NCBI GenBank assembly: GCA_039030515.1
Contig: JBCCEA010000004.1
Location: 64,001 to 128,000, forward strand
DNA length: 64,000 nt
Origin: Myxococcota bacterium
Lineage (GTDB): Bacteria; Myxococcota_A; Polyangia; Polyangiales; Houyiibacteriaceae
Reading direction: 5' to 3'
Position numbers and translations under genes: made by a program. Positions 1 through 9,980 of this stretch are shown piece by piece; position 1 is the stretch's first letter, and each line of letters starts with the position of its first letter. A model generated the notes under the pieces. The model searched no databases. It was not told where the DNA came from and saw only the letters and a list, made by a program, of their open reading frames with translations.

Positions 1-265
1 TGACCGCATCTGCGAGGAAGATCTCCCCGATCAGGGTCGCCTCGCACGTTCGACGGCACAGAAACCTTCCACCCCCCCGTCGGCCGAACACGAAACCGGC
101 GCTCGAATGACCCTGCGTGAATATCGAGAGCAGGCAGAGCGTTCCTACATTCTCCAGATGCTGCAGGAATGCGATTGGAACATTTCGAAAGCTGCTGTGA
201 GTCTTGGAGTGGAGCGTACCAATCTACACAAGAAGATGCGTTCCTACGGCATCAAACGTAGTTAA
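1..265 (+). CDS. Sigma54-dependent (NtrC/NtrX-type) transcriptional regulator, C-terminal fragment; 5' end lies outside the window
   Basis: Frame from base 2 reads ...TLREYREQAERSYILQMLQECDWNISKAAVSLGVERTNLHKKMRSYGIKRS*, a Fis-type HTH. Not in the ORF track; translated by hand. Confidence 0.85.
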   Translation, partial: DRICEEDLPDQGRLARSTAQKPSTPPSAEHETGARMTLREYREQAERSYILQMLQECDWNISKAAVSLGVERTNLHKKMRSYGIKRS

Positions 266-339
266 ATCCAAGCGGTCTAGAAGTGCCAAGCGCACAGATA
301 CTCTACGTTCGAGCACGAGTCCGATGGGAATAGGGAACC

Positions 340-582
340 ATGATCTTAACGCTACTCAAAACCACGCTTTCGCTCTTTGTTCTCTTCTGCGTCGGATGGT
401 TCTTTTTTATGGTGCCCCTGGGTGAGCGAACTCTTTTTGAGCACTGCTGGAGAATTTCTAAGACCGACGAGGCTCGGGAGCTGGGTCGTGAATTCGGCGA
501 AGCGGGAAGCCGTCTTGTCGATCAAATCGGCAACCGCATCGAAGAGCAGAACTCCGATGCGGAGCCATCTCATCCAAAATGA
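340..582 (+). CDS. Small hypothetical membrane protein
   Basis: 80 aa; hydrophobic N-terminus followed by VPLGERTLFEH; purine-rich AGGGA just upstream of ATG. Confidence 0.7.
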   Translation: MILTLLKTTLSLFVLFCVGWFFFMVPLGERTLFEHCWRISKTDEARELGREFGEAGSRLVDQIGNRIEEQNSDAEPSHPK

Positions 583-601
583 ATTCGATTGAGAGATCGC
601 C

Positions 602-1552
602 TTAGAGCGTCGATTCAGAATCCATTTCCGCAGGTTGATACTCTGCCGTCTGGCCCTCTGAAGCATCGTCACTCACTTCTGTCTTGAGCTCACATCGGCG
701 CCACTCTTCCAGAAACTCCCACTCCGCGATGAGACCTTTTCGAATGAGTATTTTCATAAGACACGCAGACACGCGCTCCCAACCCGCGCCTTCAAGCACA
801 TCGGAAACTTCCTGACCCTGATCGCGAGCCACAAGCGCCTGAAAGAGCTCCGACACGGTCAGCGAGGGCTCTTCTGCCGAAGGCTGCTCTTCGTGCGCCT
901 GCGGATTGGACAACATCACCGAAGTGCCGTCGAGGAAGGTGAGCGTCATCGCTTTAGGAGATGTTCCACCCCCGCGAACGGGAGCGTTCTCGGGAGTGCC
1001 CAAAGGCCTAATGTTCTCCGTCGTATCCGAAAGCTTGATATAGGACGGTGCCGTCAATTCTGGAGCGGGAATCGTGGGTTGATCCACCGGGATCGGAGCA
1101 GCGATCGTCCGTTGATAGTAGATTCGAATCGCGTTTCGAATCTCACCAGGCGGGGCAACCATAGCCTTCACCGCAAGACCCGATTCGGAACGTACTTTAG
1201 ACAAAGCGGTCTGATTGGTCGGATCGTCCATGGCCACAAAGAGCGTATCCCCGTCATGGCGCACTGAGCGTCGATATACCGGAATGAGGCAATACTCCTC
1301 AGCCAGGTCCGGTGAAACCAAATCGAGAAGTGTGCGCGAAAACTGCACGTGATAAAGAGAAACCCAAGGAATCGAAAGCTGATTGGATAAGATTTGAGTA
1401 AGCTGCACTTCAGTTAATAAACCCAAAGCGGTGAGCTCTTCGCCCAAACGCCTACCCGAAAGCTTTTGGGTGCTTAGTGCTTCGTCGACCTGCTCCTCAG
1501 TGACCAGCCCAGCGGCAACCAACATATCACCTAGGCGCGCGAGCCTTGCCAT
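602..1552 (-). CDS. Stand-alone MshEN (GspE/PilB N-terminal) domain protein, putative c-di-GMP receptor
   Basis: Tandem motifs RLGDMLVAAGLVTEEQVDEALSTQ and RLGEELTALGLLTEVQLTQILSNQ; LFVAMDDP; no Walker A motif. Confidence 0.85.
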   Translation of the reverse strand: MARLARLGDMLVAAGLVTEEQVDEALSTQKLSGRRLGEELTALGLLTEVQLTQILSNQLSIPWVSLYHVQFSRTLLDLVSPDLAEEYCLIPVYRRSVRHDGDTLFVAMDDPTNQTALSKVRSESGLAVKAMVAPPGEIRNAIRIYYQRTIAAPIPVDQPTIPAPELTAPSYIKLSDTTENIRPLGTPENAPVRGGGTSPKAMTLTFLDGTSVMLSNPQAHEEQPSAEEPSLTVSELFQALVARDQGQEVSDVLEGAGWERVSACLMKILIRKGLIAEWEFLEEWRRCELKTEVSDDASEGQTAEYQPAEMDSESTL

Positions 1553-1710
1553 AGGCTCTAATAGTACAGTTCATTCCTTCTCGGCGTAACTATTGACTTG
1601 GGCTTTGACCACGACTCTCGAACAGCCGCGGCACCCCAACTCCCGGAAATAGTGCGGCTGCCTCCTCGTCGGACAGGATCCTGCTTTGCGTGGTCCGAAT
1701 CGTAGGCGGC

Positions 1711-3006
1711 TTAGAGAAGCGCTCCGACTCGGCGCTCGACCTCTACGCGAATATCTGCTGGAAATATCAGCCGCGGTCGCTGAACCTTCTTATTTTTCAG
1801 TTCGCCGAGTACAAAGGACACCTGACTTAGTCGCTGTATGGGAACGTGAGAGAGAACGACCCAGAGTCCGTCTTCGGCGCCCTCAGACTCAGCGTATGGA
1901 GTGGACTCTGGCAGATCGAGCTGCACCTCTAAATCGCCTCGGATTCCCTGTTGTTCCGAAAGCTTCCTCACAGTATCTGCGGCGCGAGCCCAGAGCTCTT
2001 CAGCATATGCCGGCAGAGGCAAAGTTTTCGGTAAGGATCGCGCACGAAAGCGTTTCGCGAGACCGGACAGAGTCCGATCGTCTGTGTGTTCCCAAACCGA
2101 AAAAGCGTGCAGAAGTGACGCATCGTCGATTTCAAGGTACTCGCGAAGCGTAGGCACTATCCCTAAGCAGGCATCCCTCACCGCGGTCGGAAGCGCCTCT
2201 GGAGGCGTTCCATCGCGCACCAGTTCAGCCAATCGCCTAAAAATGGAGCGAATGAGTGCCTCCGCCGCACGAGTCGCCTTATGGTGGTATACTTGTTGAT
2301 ACATGTGGTGCCGTCCCAGGAAGAACCGCTCTATCGGAGGCAACCCCTTTCGCCCCTCTACGGCCAAGACTTCAACACCCGACGGGGTCGTTCCGAAAGT
2401 GAGCGCCTGAAGCACCCAATCGAGATCGAACTGACCGTAGCGGACCCCGGTCATATAGCTATCTCGGAGTAGATAGTCGCAACGGTCTACGTCGAGCATG
2501 CCGCTCACTGCTCGGGTCAAGTAGGAGAGCCGCGCTCGCCCTGCCAGGATATCGACGACTCTTGTGGCCATCCCTGGCGATAGAGACTCGAGGGCTCCGT
2601 GAACCTCAGTCGCTGGATCGCTCAGAATTAGCGTGGTCCACGACTCGTGATGGATCGCATTGTCGAATACCTCTTCAAAAAAATGTGAGAATGGGCCGTG
2701 ACCGATGTCGTGAAGCAGTGCAGCAGCAACGGCTTCAAGAGCTTCCTGCTCGTTCAAGCGGGAGGAGTATTCGATCAGGTGCTCACAGCAACGGATCCGC
2801 TGCAGCAGCAGAATCATCACGTGCGCCGTGCCAAGCGCATGCGAAAATCTACTATGCTCCGCGCCAGGGAATACCAGGCTTGTCAATCCAAGCTGGCGAA
2901 TGTAGCGCAGTCGCTGAAACTCCCTTGTGTCGATGAGTCGACGTACGACCTTTTCAAAGTCCCCCTCGAACGCAACCAAACCATGTACGGGATCACGCAA
3001 AATCAC
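1711..3006 (-). CDS. HD-domain phosphohydrolase (SAMHD1/YwfO-like dNTP triphosphohydrolase)
   Basis: RDPVHG, FQRLRYIRQLG, HSRFSHALG, LLHDIGHGPFSH, DVDRCDYLLRD, MYQQVYHH. Confidence 0.9.
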   Translation of the reverse strand: MILRDPVHGLVAFEGDFEKVVRRLIDTREFQRLRYIRQLGLTSLVFPGAEHSRFSHALGTAHVMILLLQRIRCCEHLIEYSSRLNEQEALEAVAAALLHDIGHGPFSHFFEEVFDNAIHHESWTTLILSDPATEVHGALESLSPGMATRVVDILAGRARLSYLTRAVSGMLDVDRCDYLLRDSYMTGVRYGQFDLDWVLQALTFGTTPSGVEVLAVEGRKGLPPIERFFLGRHHMYQQVYHHKATRAAEALIRSIFRRLAELVRDGTPPEALPTAVRDACLGIVPTLREYLEIDDASLLHAFSVWEHTDDRTLSGLAKRFRARSLPKTLPLPAYAEELWARAADTVRKLSEQQGIRGDLEVQLDLPESTPYAESEGAEDGLWVVLSHVPIQRLSQVSFVLGELKNKKVQRPRLIFPADIRVEVERRVGALL

Positions 3007-3116
3007 GCTGACAACCTAGCGCGCGGGCACGGTCTGAGTCGATGAAGACCGTGTGCGAAGCAGCAAACTCTCAGCGTCCGTAGCAAGGTAGCGAGAGAAC
3101 CTGCTACATCGCTGGC

Positions 3117-4553
3117 ATGAGACGATCGATCCATGTTGCCTCCTGGGCCGGATGGCTTCTGCTCCTGACCCCCAGCCTGAACGCACAGAGTTTGCGACCA
3201 GAGGCAGCGATTGCGCTTCAGAATGAGCTCAGACGGATTGTCAGAGAATCATCACCGTCCGAAGCGCTAGGAGTTGCGGTTTCAGACGCGGTGACCGGAC
3301 AAGACATTTTTTCACACAACGCGCACATACACCGCAATCCAGCATCCAATATGAAACTGGTCACCGCTGCAGGTGTCCTCAAGCACCTCGGCCCGAATTT
3401 CAAGATACGAACGGCCCTATACGGGCGGATGGATGACTCAGGGAACGTCGATGTCCTCGTTTTGCGTGGTCAGGGAGACCCTTCACTCAGCATGAGCGAT
3501 TTCACCGAACTCGCTGCGCAGATCCGATATCGAGGTGTTCGCAGGGTTCGCAAAGTCATAGTCGATGGATCGTATTTTGACGATCAGCGGCTCCCGCCGG
3601 CTTTTGAGCAACAACCCAATGAAGTGTCCGCATTTCGAGCTCCAGTTGCGGCCGTTACCTTGGAGCGCAGTAGTTTTCTGCTCAGAGTTCGCCCGAGTCT
3701 GAGTGCTGGGGACACCGCCGTAGCCACCCTGGTACCCAGTGGCTACTTCGATGTCGAAAACCAAATCACGACGACGGCTAGCGGATCACCCAACATTATT
3801 GCGATACAGCGAGACGCAGGCAGACAGCTTTCTCTCAAACTCCGAGGCAGCATCCCCATCAGCTCGACAAGGGGCGTGGCTTATCGCAGGCGCGTTGCGA
3901 ATCCCCTATCCTATGCTGCCTTCGGCATGGTCGAAGCGTTGCAGCGCGTGGGGATTCGAACCGATAGGCTCGTGGAAACACGGAAGGTCGACGACCCCTT
4001 GCCCATGCTCGCGTCTCGACAGTCTCCCAGCGTCGCAACGCTGTTGCAACGCGTCGGAAAGCTCAGCGACAACTTCTATGCCGAAATGCTCCTCAAAGTG
4101 ATGGCAGCGGAGCACGCGGCTCCGGGCACCTCAAAGCATGGCGCACAACTGCTTGAACAGATGCTCTCCGAAGTAGGCGCTCCAGGAGAAGCCACGATCA
4201 TCAACGGATCCGGTCTATTCGAAGGAAACGCCATTACTCCCGCTCAGCTCACGCACCTGCTGCATCACGTGTATCGATCACCCTCGATACGCCATGAATA
4301 TCTCAGCCATCTTTCCATCGCAGGGGTGGACGGCACACTCCGAAGAAGAATGCGGGATACTGCAGCTCAAGATACGATCCGAGCGAAAACCGGAACGCTA
4401 AATGGGGTTATCACGCTCTCCGGCTACGCCGTTTCCAACCACCGAGTCTTCTCGTTTTCGGTGCTGTGCAATGGTGTACGTGGCAAACACGCGCAAGCCC
4501 GACGATTCACCGATGAAATCGCCACTGCGCTGGCGATCCACGTACAGAGGTGA
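3117..4553 (+). CDS. dacB: D-Ala-D-Ala carboxypeptidase/endopeptidase (PBP4, peptidase S13)
   Basis: Signal peptide; PASNMK (SxxK), SDN (SxN), AKTGTL (KTG); GQGDPSL. Confidence 0.93.
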   Translation: MRRSIHVASWAGWLLLLTPSLNAQSLRPEAAIALQNELRRIVRESSPSEALGVAVSDAVTGQDIFSHNAHIHRNPASNMKLVTAAGVLKHLGPNFKIRTALYGRMDDSGNVDVLVLRGQGDPSLSMSDFTELAAQIRYRGVRRVRKVIVDGSYFDDQRLPPAFEQQPNEVSAFRAPVAAVTLERSSFLLRVRPSLSAGDTAVATLVPSGYFDVENQITTTASGSPNIIAIQRDAGRQLSLKLRGSIPISSTRGVAYRRRVANPLSYAAFGMVEALQRVGIRTDRLVETRKVDDPLPMLASRQSPSVATLLQRVGKLSDNFYAEMLLKVMAAEHAAPGTSKHGAQLLEQMLSEVGAPGEATIINGSGLFEGNAITPAQLTHLLHHVYRSPSIRHEYLSHLSIAGVDGTLRRRMRDTAAQDTIRAKTGTLNGVITLSGYAVSNHRVFSFSVLCNGVRGKHAQARRFTDEIATALAIHVQR

Positions 4554-4619
4554 CTGTATGACGGATGGCTGGAACAGACATCGTCTCACCGAACATCATG
4601 GAACTCTGGGCGTGAAGAA

Positions 4620-4673
4620 CTCCGCCCGCGAAACGTCGGTCAGGTGCCGAACCTGACTCGGTCGCAGGCGGAG
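4620..4673. terminator. Imperfect GC-rich stem-loop between convergent dacB and sigma genes; possible bidirectional terminator or REP-like element
   Basis: Outer arms ctccgcc/ggcggag and gcga/tcgc; inner stem gtcaggt-gccga-acctgac; no U-tract. Confidence 0.4.
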
Positions 4674-4688
4674 CATTGTTTCGCTGGT

Positions 4689-5999
4689 TTACTCTTTCAT
4701 CTGTCGTCGAATTTTACCAAGCGCTTGTTCCTGAAGCTGGCGAATGCGCTCTCGCGAAAGATTGTACTTATCGCCGATCTCTTTCAGCGTCAGCTCATCT
4801 TCTTCGTCAAGACCAAATCTCCATCGAAGGATCCGCGCCTCCATAGGAGTGAGCGTTTCCAGAAGGCGCCGAACTTCCTCGCTCCACTTCTGACTTACCA
4901 ACTGTTCATAGGGGGTAGGAACGTTTTCCTGTTCGAGGAAGTCGATGAACTTTCGCCCATCCTCGTCGTTTACCGGGCGATCCAGGGAAAACGGCGTCTC
5001 GGCCCAGTAGCCCTTGATCTTTTCCAGTTTCTCAGCCGCGATTCCCGTCTCTTTTTCGAGCTCTTCCGAAGTTGGCTCCTTGCCGGTCCGCGTGGCGATC
5101 GCTTGAGTGGCTCGAGCCACCCGATTGTAGGTGTCGAGCATATGCACCGGGATACGGACCGCTCGCCCCTTATCTGCCAGTGCCCGACTGATGGCGTGTC
5201 TGATCCACCAGGAAGCGTAAGTGCTAAAACGGTATCCACGGTTGTGATCGAATCGCTCAACCGCCTTCATCAGGCCGATGTTCCCCTCTTGAATCAGGTC
5301 GATGAGCGGGAGTCGCCCTCGATTGTAGCGGCGTGCGATAGAGACGACGAGTCTTAGATTGGCTGCAACAAATCGATTTTTGGCGTTCTGCTGCGCTTTC
5401 CGCCCACGCACGACTGTCTTCAAATATGCTTTGAAGGAAGCGGTAATCCGTACCTCGTCGCCCTTCAGATCTCGCTCCTCCGCGAACTCACCAGCGATAC
5501 GATGCACCGCTCGGTCCGACTCCTGGACGAAAATGCGATCGCTATCGAGTTCCCGCAGTGTCGTAGAGAGTTCGAGCACCAGCTCATCCCAGCGAACCTG
5601 CTGACGCTTGCCGAGCTTCCCGCGTTTTGCGCCTTTGGCGATCTTCCTTAGCGCTGCCAGTTGAGGTAGCGCCTCTTCTTTGCAGTGTAATTCCACTACC
5701 GAAGCCACGGTCTCAAATGCGGAAGGGTAGGAAAAGAGCCCCTGCCAGTAGCCGATCTCGAGGCGTTCCACTTCCTTAGCGGCTTCGATCTCTTCCTGAG
5801 GCGTGAGAACCCTGTGACATGCCATTTCCCGAAAGTAACGAGACAGGGTTGAGTCCCCGGCGCCCTGACGTTCCAGCTCCTTTAGCGCTTTTGCTGCCTC
5901 AGAAGCCGCCTTATCGAGCTGCTCCTTTGTAGGCTCCGGCTTGCTTTCGCCCCCCTCCAATTGTAGCTCATCATGCGCCGCTGCTCCTCGCTTCGCCAT
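4689..5999 (-). CDS. RNA polymerase sigma-70 factor, RpoD-like (apparently non-primary; no acidic region 1.1)
   Basis: [55 protein letters not shown]. Start placed at ATG 5999 with GGAG 6 nt upstream; ORF is open to 6074. Confidence 0.93.
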   Translation of the reverse strand: MAKRGAAAHDELQLEGGESKPEPTKEQLDKAASEAAKALKELERQGAGDSTLSRYFREMACHRVLTPQEEIEAAKEVERLEIGYWQGLFSYPSAFETVASVVELHCKEEALPQLAALRKIAKGAKRGKLGKRQQVRWDELVLELSTTLRELDSDRIFVQESDRAVHRIAGEFAEERDLKGDEVRITASFKAYLKTVVRGRKAQQNAKNRFVAANLRLVVSIARRYNRGRLPLIDLIQEGNIGLMKAVERFDHNRGYRFSTYASWWIRHAISRALADKGRAVRIPVHMLDTYNRVARATQAIATRTGKEPTSEELEKETGIAAEKLEKIKGYWAETPFSLDRPVNDEDGRKFIDFLEQENVPTPYEQLVSQKWSEEVRRLLETLTPMEARILRWRFGLDEEDELTLKEIGDKYNLSRERIRQLQEQALGKIRRQMKE

Positions 6000-6139
6000 A
6001 TTGGTCTCCACACTCCCCGTCTTGCTCGTGGGTTCTGCGGGTATCCGTAATTCCAGGACCCCCATGTCCGCCACGATCTCTTTAGTTTCGCCAGGTCGAT
6101 TTCCAGGTGTCGAACTGACGGTCTTGAGCTAGGTTAAGA

Positions 6140-6155
6140 TGCACGGTTCGTGCCG
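6140..6155 (-). promoter_or_regulatory. Putative sigma54 (-24/-12) promoter for the sigma factor gene
   Basis: Minus strand reads CGGCACGAACCGTGCA: GG-N10-GC, close to the TGGCACG-N4-TTGC consensus. Confidence 0.6.
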
Positions 6156-6643
6156 CAGCGGGCGTGAGCGTCGCTCATTCCGTATGCTCTGCGAGACAGC
6201 TCGTCTCGTATCGCGGTAATCATACGAAAAAAGCCCATCTTCGCATCCATCCGACTCCGATCTGAACACCACGGCACCACCTTCTTATGTTAGGCGGTTC
6301 CGAGACTCGGAAACAGGGGAGCACCCCCAAAAAAGGCTGTTCAATGCATGTTTCGCCGTCAGTTCTTTCACGCTGTCGACACGCTTTGCCACTGAGATTC
6401 CTCAAGTAAACAAGGCGTATACGTGATGAATCTCAACTCACCAGCGGCTCCGGCACGCCACGCTTCCTCAAGATTGAAGCCGCCACCCAGTGGGGACAGC
6501 GCTCCGGCGTCACTGGTCACCACTGACCAACGCTGTAGCCGTAACACTTCACTCCGTGCACAACCTTCATCACTGCGGTAGGCGGAGCATTCGAGTAATT
6601 GTTCTTGACGGCTCGCGACATTTCTGACTGACCGGGCACACGA

Positions 6644-9052
6644 ATGCGCAAGTATTTACGGCTCTTCGCCTACCTCACCTACGTATCCGTTACATTCACA
6701 ACTGAGATAGCCCTCGGTTCGCCCTTACCGCTAGAGATGCCGTTGCGCCTGGGTCGGAAAACGACTCCATCTCAGCTAACCATCGAAGAAGACTCAGAAG
6801 GACACGTACGACTAGAGCTCTCGCATGGAAAAAGGCACGTTCAGCGACATCTCGCGATTTCGGCAGGCTCGAATGTTTCGATCGAAACGATTCCCGTAGA
6901 TAGGCGAGCCCGAATCGCAAAGATTCAACTCACTGAGCGTTCGGGGACCACCATGGAGATTTTGGTCACCGTGGATGATGACGGTTTTCCTCAAGTACTC
7001 TGGCACGGCAAAACAAGCTGGTCGGGAGACCCCGGTGAACGCCAAAGACACGAGGTAGAGGTACGCGGCCGAAACGAGGGAGCCGGGCAAGATGTGATCG
7101 TTTGGGAGCATCACGAACGCATCAGGCTTTGCGACGGTTCCTGGAGCGGACTGAGACCGCGGGCGGTGCACGTGCCCTCACTCACCCTGAGGCCGGTGGT
7201 ACGCGCAAGTCGGCACGTCGGTTCAGCGCATCGAGTTTCACAATCGCATGCCCTGCATCCGGTGCGTCGACTGCCGAGACTGAGAGCCATTGCCTCGTCG
7301 TCAGAGTTAGGTCAGCCCTCCGACCCGCTTTTGCGCTCACCACCCACGGCGTTGACCGATGCCGACCCAACTACGTCTTGGACAGAGGCGCAAGGGGGTC
7401 CTGGGCAAGGAGAGTTCGTGACGTTGGAGTGGCGCGCTGGCCCGCTTGATGCGCGGGCGATTCGATTGACTCAACCCGAGCACGAACACCAGGGGCACCT
7501 ACGAGAAGCGATTCTGATCACCGAAGATGGCCTTCTTGGCACGCTTTCCATACCAGAATCTTCCGAGGACCACTGGGCCGTTCTTCCCTCGGGAACAAGA
7601 TTCCGCTGCCTCTCGCTGGTCCTGACCGAAATCGACTACGCAGATCATGTACCTGCAGCTCAGGTGCGCACGAGCATCGCAGAAGTAGAGGTGCTCTCCG
7701 AACTCGAACTCGATGCAGACGCGACAAGCCGGCTCGGGCAGGCACTGATCGAGGACGCCCCGCACGGTCGACAAGCAGCGCAGACCTTACTGGACCTAGA
7801 GGCCGAGGGAATGCGCGAGATTCACCAAGCCTGGACAGAGCTCTCTGCTCCCCAACGATTGAACGTCATTCAACTCCTCGGAGATCGAACGATCGATTCT
7901 GCAGAGGCAAGACAGCTCCTTTCCCGAGCGAGCCGAGACCCAGACCACGCGACGCGCGTTCATGCCAATCGTCAGCTCGCAGTCCTGGGTGCCGCGCAAT
8001 TCCTCGAATCGGTCGCAGCCGGAGGAGGACCCGCAGGTAGGGATGCAATCCTCGCTCTTTGTGATGTAGCTGAGGGTGGCGCTGCACTGCGCTCACTATT
8101 CCGGGAGCCTGATGGTCCGGGCCAGCCGCATTTGAGAAACGCCCTACGCTGCCACGCACGTCGTCACGGACCACCAGATCAGAACGAGCTCACCGACCTT
8201 GGACCATCAGAAAAAACGGCGCTAAGCCTTGTATACGCATCGGTCGAATCCACAAAAACTCTAGCCCAGACCCTATTGGCACAGGCGATCATCCACCTGG
8301 AACGATTCGAAGACCGATATCGAGCAGTTCGAGCTGCTCGACTCCTCCCGCCCCATCCGGTGGTCGATTCGTTTTTACTAGGTGAGATGCAGCAAGAGGA
8401 ATGGATGCAGCGCCGGGAAGCACTCAAAGCCCTATGGCTTCGACAGTCGCCAGGTCTGTCGCCTGCCCTAGCGCGGGCGTTTGAAGATCCATATCCACGA
8501 GTGCGTCTAGAGGCGGTCACCTTACTAAGCGAGTCCGAATTACTGAGCGACTCCAAGGCGCAGGAACGACTGGCGAAACTCGCCGCAAACGATCCGTTTC
8601 CGATAGTGCGCTCGGCAGCCGTCCGCAGACTGAGGCCCATCCATCAAGATTTACTCGAGTCGAGCCTCGACGATCGCTATGGAGAGGTACGACAAGCCGC
8701 GCTGCGGAGGCTCACCGTCCTCAAACGCCGATCTGCCTGGCCTGTCGTCTTGGAGCGACTCGAAGATCGAAGTGAATGGCTATCGAATCGTGTAGCGTCT
8801 ATCGACTACCTCAAAGACACATGCATCTCGGATGCGGCGCCTGCGCTACTTAGGCTGGTGCGTCGCGGCATGCACCCGGAAGCCCAAACGATGGACAGAG
8901 ATTTGGCGGTACGCGCCCTCAACGGCTTGGCCCGTCTGCCCAACACGGATCTCTCAGCGATCCTTCGAGAAGCGCGTGGGGGACCGCATGAGCTAAAGCA
9001 AGCTGCCGAAGCGATTCGTGACGATCTTCCGCCGCGCTGCTCGCTTGATTAA
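6644..9052 (+). CDS. Secreted HEAT-repeat protein with a discoidin/F5-8-like middle domain
   Basis: N-terminal signal-like segment; LTDADPTTSWTE..GQGEFVTLEW; repeated HEAT units (DPYPRVRLEAV, DPFPIVRSAAV, DRYGEVRQAAL). Confidence 0.75.
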   Translation: MRKYLRLFAYLTYVSVTFTTEIALGSPLPLEMPLRLGRKTTPSQLTIEEDSEGHVRLELSHGKRHVQRHLAISAGSNVSIETIPVDRRARIAKIQLTERSGTTMEILVTVDDDGFPQVLWHGKTSWSGDPGERQRHEVEVRGRNEGAGQDVIVWEHHERIRLCDGSWSGLRPRAVHVPSLTLRPVVRASRHVGSAHRVSQSHALHPVRRLPRLRAIASSSELGQPSDPLLRSPPTALTDADPTTSWTEAQGGPGQGEFVTLEWRAGPLDARAIRLTQPEHEHQGHLREAILITEDGLLGTLSIPESSEDHWAVLPSGTRFRCLSLVLTEIDYADHVPAAQVRTSIAEVEVLSELELDADATSRLGQALIEDAPHGRQAAQTLLDLEAEGMREIHQAWTELSAPQRLNVIQLLGDRTIDSAEARQLLSRASRDPDHATRVHANRQLAVLGAAQFLESVAAGGGPAGRDAILALCDVAEGGAALRSLFREPDGPGQPHLRNALRCHARRHGPPDQNELTDLGPSEKTALSLVYASVESTKTLAQTLLAQAIIHLERFEDRYRAVRAARLLPPHPVVDSFLLGEMQQEEWMQRREALKALWLRQSPGLSPALARAFEDPYPRVRLEAVTLLSESELLSDSKAQERLAKLAANDPFPIVRSAAVRRLRPIHQDLLESSLDDRYGEVRQAALRRLTVLKRRSAWPVVLERLEDRSEWLSNRVASIDYLKDTCISDAAPALLRLVRRGMHPEAQTMDRDLAVRALNGLARLPNTDLSAILREARGGPHELKQAAEAIRDDLPPRCSLD

Positions 9053-9198
9053 ATCCGTCTGCCTCAAGAAACCTGGCTCGTCGCCTCACGAAAACTCGGT
9101 CAGGACGTTCGGTGGCCTCGTGGGCGAACGAAGCAAACGGATTGAGACCATCAAAAGCAACATGATAATCTGCCGCAAGTTGACGAAAGAACTCCTGC

Positions 9199-9918
9199 AT
9201 GAGTAACCCATTTCCACGCGCCAGGTCTTTGTCTTGGGCGTCGTTGCAAAAACCGGCTTTGGCTCGACCAGGTTTCAAGAACTCCGTTTGGCTGAAACAT
9301 TTCGCTTTATGCGGGACTTCCATACTTTGGCTGGCGGCAGCCGGACTTACCGGATGCGCCGAGCAACCGGCAAGCGATCTGCAGATCACCCGCCTACCGG
9401 AAGTACACCCCGACCTACCGGCAGTTCCCGAGCTACCCGAAGCGCCATACCCCATAAGACATCCAGACCGCAGCTACACGCTCTATGGTCTTCGCAGCAA
9501 GATTCGGCAGACCATCGATACGTCGGTCACCGTCACGGCATACATCCACGAGATCTACGAGCCTCCCGAATGCGAAGAAGACGAAACCTGCCCCAGACCC
9601 ACAGCCCCCCACATATGGATCGCCGACAGCCCGAACGAAACCGACAAACGCAAGAGACTTACCGTGGTCGGATACGCGCCAAATCACGAAAAACTGGAGC
9701 AAGCCAACCGTCTCGCAAAAAGACGAGGCCGACCACGTGCGGCGCGCAACGGCGCCGTTCCCATACCGACCGACTTCGAGGTTGGAAATCGAGTGAAGCT
9801 AAGCGGCCGCTTCGTTCGGGTGTCCGACGGGGGATTCAACTCCAGTGAAGGCCTCATCGAGTACGCCGGACACGAAACGCTGACCACCGATGCCGACGCG
9901 AAGCATGCTTCGCCCTAG
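9199..9918 (+). CDS. Hypothetical lipoprotein (possible OB-fold)
   Basis: Lipobox-like LAAAGLTGC; Pro-rich linker; CEEDETC; start codon uncertain. Confidence 0.7.
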   Translation: MSNPFPRARSLSWASLQKPALARPGFKNSVWLKHFALCGTSILWLAAAGLTGCAEQPASDLQITRLPEVHPDLPAVPELPEAPYPIRHPDRSYTLYGLRSKIRQTIDTSVTVTAYIHEIYEPPECEEDETCPRPTAPHIWIADSPNETDKRKRLTVVGYAPNHEKLEQANRLAKRRGRPRAARNGAVPIPTDFEVGNRVKLSGRFVRVSDGGFNSSEGLIEYAGHETLTTDADAKHASP

Positions 9919-9935
9919 GACTCGACGTACTGCAG

Positions 9936-9980
9936 AGCACCCCGAGTCACTTCAAAGCACCCCGAGTCACTTCAAAGCAC
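9936..9980. repeat. 20-bp tandem duplication spanning the stop codon of the DUF4340-type gene
   Basis: agcaccccgagtcacttcaa x2 plus agcac; stop (tca) at 9972-9974. Confidence 0.95.

Noticed and set aside
1553..1710. c-di-GMP-I riboswitch upstream of the MshEN gene (minus strand contains ACGCAAAGC and GGCAGCC)
   Set aside because: The 5' GGCAAAC/GNRA-tetraloop stem and the receptor are missing; only fragments match. An Rfam cmsearch would settle it.
1711..3006. HD dNTPase as an anti-phage defence gene
   Set aside because: It sits among housekeeping genes with no defence or mobile neighbours and matches the common SAMHD1/YwfO-like family.
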